Positions 37,201 through 47,296 of a stretch of DNA of 64,000 nt are shown here, one piece after another (within the stretch, counting starts at the first letter, position 1; each line of letters opens with the position of its first letter). The position numbers were made by a program, and so were the translations under genes. The DNA is from Tubulanus polymorphus (lineage: Eukaryota; Animalia; Nemertea): positions 20,343,910-20,407,909 of the forward strand of contig NC_134031.1 of the NCBI RefSeq assembly GCF_964204645.1, written 5' to 3'. The notes beneath the pieces were generated by a model, which was not told the origin of the DNA, made no database searches, and worked only from the letters and a program-made list of their open reading frames with translations.

Positions 37201-38931
37201 TGTAAGGCTGAAAGAAAATACATTTTTTCTCATTTCTGCTGAGGTTAAGAGTCAACCCGGCCGTCCGGCTGGGCAGCTGTAGCCTTTATATACCCTTTGA
37301 GGTGGGGTGTGGGATAGCGGTTAAAGTGTTAGATTCTGGGAATGCAGGTCGTGGGTTCGCACCCCGTCCCCGTAGTGCCCCAGGGCAAGATACACATCCT
37401 CATTGCCTCTCTTCACCCAAGAGTAAATGGGTACCTGGCCTGATAGATGACTCCTGAACACTGAGTAGGGTTGCTTTGATGTTATTTCTTCCCAGGGAGA
37501 GATGACTGGTGGCTCGAGCTATAGTTATAGGCCGGGGGTAACAATACCAATTTAATGGAAAACACATTTATACATTGTATCCCAGTAGAAGGGGCACTAT
37601 AGACCCCCCCCCCCCCCCCGTATATAGTGTCAAGCTTGTATGACATTATTAAGTTCTTTAACTGTTTGTCCACTCTTGGTTCATTTTTCTCTTATCTACC
37701 TTTCGTTGGTCTCGTATTTCAAATGGAGTCACTACGGCTTCGTTGAGTACTTCGATATCCGTCGCGTGGATTTCTATGTCGCCAGTTTTCATGTTCTTTC
37801 AGCGTGGAAAAAAAGTACCAACAGAACGAATATACACTCAATAAATGTGACATCATAAATTTTTTTTTTATATACATAATCTAAGATCTACAGTGGTATC
37901 TTATAATGCATTGGTTATAATTATGTTCCCAGTTGGCAGTTCGAACAATTAGAAATGAACAGCTTTAGATTTGAGTTGAAAATTTCAACTTTCTCAAAAT
38001 GATAGGAATTGAATTCAATCTGTTAAATGTAAAGGGCTAAATCTTACTGTGAAACTAGAGAGAAGGTTTACCTTATTTTCTTGACCAGGCGGCCGACATT
38101 TGACCATACCACTCACTTTCAACACTGATTCGTAATTCAGTCGCGAAATTAATTCTACTAGTTTATCATCCTACAAAATAGAGTAAATGTAATGCACAGG
38201 ACTTTAATGAAGCCATACTTAGACCTACAGTGCTGCCACGGTTGTTAAGTCAGTAACTGGGTTAAATATATCCTTGTTACAACTGCACTGATTTAGGGGT
38301 AGTCTACTGTGCAACTACAAACTAGACAAAAAGTCCTATTCGCTTATTTCTCAAAATGGAAGGAATTTTGAGTATTTTGTTCAAAATTAAGAGTTTCAAG
38401 CACCTTCAACAGCATTTAGGAATTTTTAAGGAAAAGCGGAGTCATAGGGACCCTGTTAATCAAAGAAACAAGGAAATATAATGAACCCTGACCTTTTCTG
38501 TGGGTAGAATAACTTGCGTTGCGCCGTAAGCATCTCGTAAAGTAAAGAACAACCCGTAACGTTGATACTGCAACCATCCGCACAGCGTCACTTGTCGACC
38601 TTCATCTGTTTGGCTTAAATCACCACACGTGTGAGATCTACAGCGCTGATAGCCTGAAAATGAATACTGAAATAATCATTAACTGAACCAACACTCAGCA
38701 CAGCAGTTCAGTCGCCAAGGCAAATACGAAGCCGTAACCGCCGCCTGATACTGCTGATCCAAACACTACTTTATTAGCAATAGCAGATGAATAAACACAA
38801 AAAATCTGTCACTTACCTGTAAATGATGTGTATATGTTTCTATTAATTATGCGATATGAAATATTTATTGTTGCTCTACTTTTCTTCATCACTTCAGTGA
38901 TGATAGTCCTATAAACTCTCGTTAACATCAT
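34214..38931 (-). CDS. DARS2: Mitochondrial aspartyl-tRNA synthetase, 5' part (11 coding exons, ~389 aa; C-terminal exons not found in window)
   Basis: Phase-consistent GT-AG exons: 38931-38817, 38653-38493, 38170-38072, 37795-37700, 37174-37051, 36729-36683, 36607-36536, 36043-35939, 35370-35179, 35017-34910, 34261-34214. They give an Arg-rich N-terminal presequence-like segment, then [32 protein letters not shown] (OB fold), [91 protein letters not shown] (motif 2) and [10 protein letters not shown]. These match bacterial-type/mitochondrial AspRS. Confidence 0.95.
37305..37540 (+). mobile_element. tRNA-derived SINE with CORE-like central domain (in a DARS2 intron)
   Basis: A-box-like GGGATAGCGG and B-box-like GGTTCGCACCC, then GTGCCCCAGGGCAAGATACACATCCTCATTGCCTCTCTTCACCCAAGAGTAAATGGGTACC, which resembles the CORE domain (GGGCAAG..CAC..GCCTC..TAAATGGG). 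Confidence 0.7.
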
Positions 38932-38939
38932 TGATATGA

Positions 38940-39290
38940 TACGCTCCAGTTCACATGTCAAAATACAAAATCAGGGACAGCAGTGAATTGTAGAGGGCTT
39001 GCTGATGTGAAGCTAGCCAATAAAAGGGTAACTCCGAAGATATCTAAATCAGGGCATCCATATCGCGCTGGCCGGTCTGTCTAAAGAACCCAACCACCCC
39101 TTGATGTTTCTCGTTTCGGGCGAATAGAATCCAAGTGAATAAATGAAAGTGAATAGAATCCAGTTCGGGTTTTAGCTGATATCGAAGATTACTTGAAAGT
39201 GGATTCGAGCCCCAAAATGTACAATTGACAACTACATTATTTCAAGCCTGAATTATTGAATTGACAACTACATTATTACAAGCATCCAAA
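38940..39290 (-). promoter_or_regulatory. Putative DARS2 promoter region
   Basis: Directly upstream of the DARS2 ATG. CCAAT at ~39017 and a duplicated aattgacaactacattatt at ~39223 and ~39259 (ACTACA-type promoter motif). Confidence 0.35.
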
Positions 39291-40634
39291 CCATAAGCTT
39301 ACTGGGCAGCACCATTACCCCCCATTTAAACCACTGCTATATCATCATATCATTCAATTTTGCAACAGAGGAGGGGCATAATTGTAATAATAGATAATCA
39401 ATTTTGTTTTTAAATCAATCAAGTTTTTAAATTGAAATTTTACTGCAAAAACCAGAAATGTGAACAAAGTTTTATTAAATTTTAGTCATTACAACATACA
39501 AATTACTTATAGTCATTATACGAATAGCCACTTTGGATAAAATTTGGGACAGCAACAGTGCTGAATGAGTGAATAAACAAACAAGAAATTTACTTTTATT
39601 TTGCATAATATCACATTTGCATTCAATAACATAGAAATTAAAAGAAGAATTTGAGCATTTCAATGCATTCCTCCAACAAATTATTAAAAGTCAATATTAT
39701 TTATTCGAAGACAACTCATGCGGTAGAAAAAACCGATGAAATTAAGCAGGTCCGAGCCCAAGGGCTTCATTCGTTTGAACAAGCTTTTGAAAGATTAAAG
39801 TCTACAAACATTATCACTACATGCAATATGATGAAAAAGTGTTAAAGACGCCAGAAAAGAGATTTTGCAATAAGTATTGCGCAGGCCGAGCAAAGCCCCA
39901 AGGGTTTGAGAATTCATGTGCTGATGTGATTAGTACTATCACGTTGCAATATAGGTTGATGTCATGTTTATATTTCTCAAGAAACTGCTCATCTTTCTTG
40001 GAAAAGACCTTGATTGGAATCGGTATTTCCATAGGAAAGCATCAACCTTTGATTGTTGCTAAAAACCTCATGAAATGATCGTAAGGTTTAAACGTGAATC
40101 ATATTTATTTTCATACAACATAATAGAAAATGCCAGATGACGTGTTTGAGGAATTATAATGTAAGTTCCTCAAACACGTGGACTGTATTTCAAAAACAGT
40201 CCAACTATAGATGTACAAACTATAAACTAAGAGAATTAACCAAACACTGATCATATATCCTCACATAAACCACTGAAAAGCATGAGGGTGAAAAGTTGCT
40301 TTAAACTAAACTGAATGATGAACATGTCGTTTTATTCTCATGACAACAATTATACCTTGCTAAATTGCAGGTATTGTACAGCATGTTCTTTATGAACAAA
40401 CACGTGAACTGTATTTGGTAAAGTTTATAGCTGTTTTTCATTCATGTAAATTGTATCAACCAGATTTTGTTCGTCGAAGCGCTTATAATTCACCGCTTTA
40501 CGAAAACAATCGTTTATCATTAAACAACCAGACTTGAAGCTAATTGTGATCATTAGTATGAAAACTACTCAACCTCCGGATGTGGATTTACACATTTACA
40601 ATAGAAGTTCAAACAGCTATCAACAAAACTAAAA

Positions 40635-42000
40635 CATTCAAAATTGTCTTATCTCGCCAACTCATCCAGTTAGGATTTAACACTATTATGAAGATATCGA
40701 ATCAATCTTCGTTATAGATATGTCATTAATATATTATCTTAGTTAGATTGCTATATTTCTCTTCTAACGTACCAGTACACTTTAAAGATATTGAATTAAT
40801 TAGGCTAAGCTCAAGAATTTCACATGATACAAGTTTCAATTAATCATTATTTTAACTTCTAATTTGAATTTATCACTATTTGAATCCATCATTACATCAG
40901 AGTTTGAGATAAATACACATTCAAGTGGTTACTTAGAAATTGCATGCCTTAGTCATTTCTATATTTGACCTTTTACAGTACACTGTGTACGACGACTGAA
41001 AACCTTTTTTTCGGCAGGACCTCCTTGGTGCGGTGCTTGGTGAAATGATTCTATAATAGTTTGAAGGAGAGATTAGTTAAGGAGAGATATTAGCTAGAGG
41101 AATAAGACCTAAGTTAAGGATTTCCTGTCAGAATAAGGCTCTCAATCTAAAATACACAATGAAATTGTAATATTCAACCATCAAAATTCATGATAGTGTG
41201 TCCGATATGCAGATTTGTTGATCTCAATTGGATCGAAAGTAAATCTGCCTTAAAATGATTTTGGCAAATAGATATATCATGTATTAACTAGTTGATGGAT
41301 GTGATGGATTCACTTAGATACAAATAAATGTGTTGAAATACATATCTGTCAGCTATATCTTATCAGTTTGATTATATCTACATACAATTACCTGAAAATA
41401 ATCTTTAATCTTACATTAGATATTGAATTCACTAGATATTAAGTAATTGGCTAATTGTCCTAATTCGTCCTAGCTATATTCTAATCATTGGTTAAACAAT
41501 AATCATTCAGCTTCATCCAAACATGACTAACAGGAAATGAATCAATTAAAGCTTTGGTTTATCTCACATTCGTCAAGGTGTAGAGACTGAATCACAGTTT
41601 CTAAAATCACATATAGCAACTATACCCTAAGTCTACTTCCCCATATGTAATACCCAGATCTCGATATTGCCCTAGACACTATATCCGCTGAGAAATTCAT
41701 TAATGAAAATGGTTAAACAGCACACAGAATGTGGTGTTAAGTATTACCTCAATCTTTAAAGAAGTATCAATATATTATTTACAAAAATAATCTATTAACC
41801 GACAATCAAGTTTAATTGATAAATAATATATATATAACTAGTTTATAACTGTCTCATCTTAACAAGTAAACTTTGCCTGCATGTATATTTTAGTAGGCCC
41901 TGAAATATCTACCAATAATTTTGTATCCAACTTTATTAGAATCATAGTTAATTTCTAAGCGATTGGTCAATTAGAATATTTTCCTATTTATATTTTCATT
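40635..42000 (+). repeat. ~1.35 kb direct repeat, copy 1
   Basis: Aligns with 44596-45937 with only scattered substitutions and short indels. Confidence 0.95.
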
Positions 42001-42649
42001 AAGATGAAGTTTCTGATTTCAAATATCCACGTATGATCATCATATAGAGCAATGGAAAAAGCTCTTATAAAGTTAAAATTCTAGGTGAAAATCGATATAT
42101 TCAACTAATTGGTCAAGTCCGGTCAAATCCGTCATGTCATACAAATTCCCTAATATGGGCCTTTGAAAATATCAAAGCCATGAGAATAGTACATCCACAG
42201 TTCAGTAAATACTCGCAGAATACTGCCTAATGTTATGGTCCATCGTGAACTCAGGCAATTACTAGCTGCTCTCAAATTTTTTGTACAACTATTTAAGGCA
42301 CACCGGACTGGTCAGATGTCCATAAAAATCTTAAGATACATTTAAATGATTTCCAATCGCAGAAATTGGTTTCAAAACAAATGTTAAAAAAGCACAGCCA
42401 GGTGCACAGAACTATAGGTGCGGCCCGACACTTTTTGGCCCTGCATGATTTTTAAAACATCATCGTAATCCAATAATGAGAAAATTACGCATATTAAGTT
42501 TTTATTACGTCTAAAGTTCAAAGTTCATTTAAGTCTAAAAATTTATACACATTCCACATATTTTCGCACATGCAACTTTTTAAAATCCTTGCTACTTAAA
42601 ATGTTTAGGCTAAGCACATTATTTTCACGCCGAGGAAATATAAAATTAA

Positions 42650-42880
42650 CCACTATTACTAAGATTGATTGATAGAAGACTAAAAGGCCAATTCATCCAA
42701 TCATGGCAGGCTGATATGGAAAACAGGTTTATATGACATTATCACAAAACATTCAAAGCTATGCTTAACTAAGTATAAAAATTATCTGGGTTTAAGATCA
42801 CAATATCATGTTGATATTATATTTCAGTTTAGACATAACTCAACCGACCTAGAGTCAAAACCAGGCGGTGGACGTGATCA
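42650..42880 (+). mobile_element. Degenerate non-LTR retrotransposon (RTEX-like) C-terminal relic
   Basis: IDRRLKGQFIQSWQADMEN...YHKTFK...NYLGLRSQYHVDIIFQFRH...RVKTRRW across stops and frameshifts. Resembles the IKQRLxDQFIQxW...YL..R..I.KFR...IETGRW LINE motif. Confidence 0.5.
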
Positions 42881-43258
42881 TTTAAACAGCGTCAGCAACT
42901 TAACTAATCTTTCTGGGAGCAAAAATCAAAATCATGCAGCGTAAATTTTATGAGACCATGGACGTACCTCCATGATGAGACTGAGCAGGAACTTACAGTC
43001 AGATTACAAAACAGAATGACTCCTAGGTTTACAGATTTGTCTCCACGAAAACAGTTCACCCAATCACTTTAAAGTATAAGGATGTGATTTTATTGAAATA
43101 TTCAAACGTAGAACTCTAATTATCCTAACTTCAATTACATTAAATAATTCATTATAAGTAGACTGTAATCTGGTAAATTTTTTAGACCAGTTTGTACAAG
43201 TGTGAAGTGTAAGTATAAATCATTACTTTACTATACTTTGAAGTCCACTATTGTCTCT

Positions 43259-43720
43259 GTTGCTCCTTAGTGTTTATAAGATTCACTAGCTGCTCCTGAG
43301 TCGGTGTTTATAAGATTCACTAGCTGCTCCTGAGTCGGTGTTTATAAGATTCACTAGCTGCTCCTGAGTCGATGTTTATAAGATTCACTAGCTGCTCCTG
43401 AGTCGGTGTTTATAAGATTCACTAGCTGCTCCTGAGTCGGTGTTTATAAGATTCACTAGCTGCTCCTGAGTCGGTGTTTATAAGATTCACTAGCTGCTCC
43501 TGAGTCGATGTTTATATAATAGGTACGAGCTGCTCCTCGAGTGTTTATACGATTCACTAGCCGCACCTCAAGTGTTTATACGATTCACTAGCCGCTCCTC
43601 AAGTGTTTATAAGATTCACTAGCTGCTCCTAGAGTGTTTATAAGATACACTATTGTAAGATGCGCTATTGTCCATGCTGCTCCTCGAGTGTTTATAAGAT
43701 CCGCTACTGCTGCTCCTGAA
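43259..43720. repeat. 34-bp minisatellite (7 near-perfect copies, then degenerate copies)
   Basis: Unit tgtttataagattcactagctgctcctgagtcgg. Confidence 0.95.
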
Positions 43721-44595
43721 TCATAATGTTTGTAGAAATCCACCATCTCGTTGAAGAAATCCATAGTTGGGTCGTAACTCGCTGCTGGCTCCACAACTTC
43801 GCATCTGGACATCTGCAGTTTTCATCGGCATCAGTAGTCGTCTACTTTTGGTTGTCGTTTACCAATCGAAGACCATTATTTCCAGGATAGAGTTTAGCTG
43901 AAATAAGAAAAAAGAACATCCTTTGAGGCAGACCATACTAACAAGCACTGATTATAATTTACACATTAATTTGAATAATACTGGCTGCCATGTTTTTTGT
44001 AGGGGAAAAAATTCCTCGAAATTGATTGCGGCTTAAGACCACAATAATTAATAGTAGTTCAGCAGCATAAATACATCACTGTTTAAGACTAGTGACAATA
44101 GAATATGAGGCTGGATATAAGATCAGCCGTGTGGACCGTTACATGTAAATTAAACAACATAGAGGTCTGATGTCTATACTAGAATAATTTCAGATCATTT
44201 TAATTCATCTTTATTATAGATATTTAAACAATTGGTAAATTATTGAGCTATGTAGCTATAGTTTTAGCTATAGTTTGTTTTGGCAATTTGACTTCCTATA
44301 TCCTAGTAATAACCCTAGATTTTAATTGTCAGCTAAACAATATTCCTATTATCGAATTAACTTTATTGTCGGTTAATAATGACTTTTGTATGATTTCAGT
44401 AATTCTTAATATTGCTCCCGATACAAGGCTCTGCTTGATTTCCGAGCGGTGTTCTGTCAGGTTCACTCATCCTCTATGAGCGTGGTTCTACGGACTTAGG
44501 AAACTACGATTCCTTGCCCACACCTTGACAAGTCCAGAATTCCGCCAAAACCTGTCTGATTGATTATAGTCCTCGTTCCTTACAATATAAGACAA

Positions 44596-45937
44596 CATTA
44601 AATTATCTCACCAACTCATCCAGTTTGGATTTAAACACTATTATGAAGATATCGAATCAATCTTCGTTATAGATATGTCATTAATATATTATCTTAGTTA
44701 GATTGCTATATTTCTCTTCTAACGTACCAGTACACTTATTTAAAGATATTGAATTAATTAGGCTAAGCTCAAGAATTTCACATGATACAAGTTTCAATTA
44801 ATCATTATTTTAACTTCTAATTTGAATTTATCACTATTTGAATCCATCATTACATCAGAGTTTGAGATTAATACACGTTCAAGTGGTTACTTAGAAATTG
44901 CCTTAGCCACATTTCTATATTTCCCATCTACATTAGACAGTGTATGACGACTGAAAACCTTTTTTTTGGCATGACCTCCTTGGTGCGGTGCTTGGTGAAA
45001 TGATACTATAATAGTTTGAAGGAGAGATTAGTTAAGGAGAGATATTAGCTAGAGGAATAAGACCTAAGTTAAGGATTTCCTGCCAGAATAAGGCTCTCAA
45101 TCTAAAATACACGATGAAATTGTAATATTCACCCATCAAAATTCACGATAGTGTGTCCCATTTGTTGATCTCGATTGGATCGAAAGTAAATCTGCCTTAA
45201 AATGATTTTGGCAAGTATTAACTAGTTGATGGATGTGATGGATTCACTTAGATACAAATAAATGTGTTGAAATACATATCTGTCATCTATATCTTAATTA
45301 TCAGTTCGATAATATCTATATACAATTACATGAAAATAATCTTTAATCTTACGTTAGATATTGAATTCACTAGATAATAAGTTAATGGCTAATTGTCCTA
45401 ATTTGTCCTAGCTATATTCTAATCATTGGTTAAACAATAATCATTCAGCTTCATCCAAACATGACTAACAGGAAATGAATCAATAAAAGCTTTGGTTTAT
45501 CTCGCATTCGTCAAGGTGTAGAGACTGAATCACGGTTTCCAAAATCACATACAGCAACTATACCCTAAGTCTACTTCCCCATATGTAATACCCAAATCTC
45601 GATATTGCCCTAGACACTATATCCGCTGAGAAATTCATTAATGAAAATGGTAAAACAGCACACAAAATGTGGTGTAAAGTATTACCTCAATCTTTTAAAA
45701 AGTATCAATATATTATTTACAAAAATAATCTATTAACCGACGATCAAGTTTAATTGATAAATAACATATCTTTAAATAGTTTATAACTGTCTCATCTTAA
45801 CAAGTAAACTTTGCCTGCATGTATATTTTAGTAGGCCCTGAAATATCTACCAATAATTTTGTATCCAACCTTATTAGAATCATAGTTAATTTCTAAGCGA
45901 TTGGTCAATTAAAATATTTTCCTATTTATATCTTCAT
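44596..45937 (+). repeat. ~1.35 kb direct repeat, copy 2
   Basis: See copy 1. Confidence 0.95.
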
Positions 45938-46759
45938 TGTTGAGGCGCGAAATATCTATACTAGAAAATATTTTGATATTCCTAAGATACTTATTGTACA
46001 TATCTTAAGAAAAATCTGTTGATAAATAACTGGCCTATCTACATTTCAATACTCAGCCAAGAATATTCATATGAGACCTAACGAGTAACATTAGAGCCAT
46101 GATTGTTTTAGATTTCAACTCACTAATAACCATTCAACCTTCAATCGGTTTATAGTAAAATTGAGAAAATTGAGAACTTCACCAGCGTCTCTGTTCTCTC
46201 CAGTGCTATACACATCCTGCCCTTGATGCTAACCCAGTAATGAAAAATCAACTTAGCTTTTTATCAAGACTGCCAAGTTCAGTTTCGAAAGGTCTCTTGG
46301 TGTTTTGTTGACGAGTTTAATTCAAGCTGGACTTCTGGTCGGTAGGATCTAGATGGCTAATGTATCTCATGCTGAGCCTTTCCAGATTCATGTTAAGCTG
46401 AAATGAGAAAAAGAATGACATTCTGTAGTTACACAATTCTTTGATTAATTGTAATTGACATGTGTATCAACTTAACTTTCTTAAGATTGCTGAGCATCCT
46501 TTTTTCATCGTCCTATGGTGTCTCCGTCATCTTCTTAATCATGCCGGGCCTGTTCAGATTAAGTTTACCTGAAAAAGTAAAAAAAGACATTTCTGTAGTC
46601 ACACAATCCTTTGATTAATTGTAATTTACATGTGTATCAACTTAACTTTCTCAAGATTGCCGAGTTCAGTATCGTCATCTTCTGTCCTCTTGAGGCATCG
46701 TCGTCTTCTGGGGGAGTCCTGAAACGAAAAAAAAGAACGGAGATGAAAACCTGATACGG

Positions 46760-46900
46760 AACAAAACTAATGTCCGAAAGCGTCGGCTCTCCTTCGCCGG
46801 TCATGTGCAGAGGATGCCAGAAAAAGAGTCAGCCAGGGATTCGCTGCCCTCTACACGCCCTCACACAGAACGCGAAAAACCAAGACGACAACCGCTTCAA
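46760..46900 (+). mobile_element. RTE-clade LINE ORF 3' relic (left hairpin arm; inverted copy at ~47390-47530)
   Basis: Translates VRKRRLSFAGHVQRMPEK...(frameshift)LYTPSHRTRK/PRRQP. The other arm gives VRKHQLSLAGHVWRM...YTPSYGTRKPGR. This resembles the RTE C-terminal RxRRLxFAGHxxR...GxRxPGRP motif. Confidence 0.7.
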
Positions 46901-47019
46901 AATCACCATCTAACTACAGGATGTCCTAACCGACGTCAGTAACTGACAAACCTATCAGATTGCACAACACTAAAATAGAGCAGTACAACCAGATTGACCG
47001 GGTAGAGATTCAAGATCTC

Positions 47020-47296
47020 AACTAGCACTCAAAAGCGTGACAAGAGACTTCATCCACTGACCGAGGTTGTCACAAGGACACAATGAAACTAGCACTCACA
47101 AGCCGACAAGAGACTTCATCCACTGACCGAGGTTGTCACAAGGACACAATGAAAACTAGCACTCAACTAGAAATCAAAGAGCGTGACAGTAGAATCATCC
47201 CTCAGCCGACTCAGAATACCAGAAACAAAGAGCGTGACAGTAGAATCATCCCTCATCCGGGTGGTCACAAGGACACAATGAATGCTAGTAGCGTGA
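47020..47296. repeat. Nested direct repeats inside the hairpin loop
   Basis: ~67-bp unit actagcactca..gacaagagacttcatccactgaccgaggttgtcacaaggacacaatgaa x2, plus caaagagcgtgacagtagaatcatccctca x2. Confidence 0.85.

Noticed and set aside
37305-37375. tRNA gene
   Set aside because: No complete cloverleaf, and it continues into a SINE central domain.
40635-45937. LTR retrotransposon interpretation of the 1.35 kb direct repeats
   Set aside because: No TG..CA termini, TSD, PBS, PPT or gag/pol remnants seen.
47035-47270. Small gtgaca...tgtcac stem-loops in the hairpin loop as hammerheads or C/D snoRNAs
   Set aside because: No intact CUGANGA/GAAA core and no RUGAUGA/CUGA box pair on either strand.
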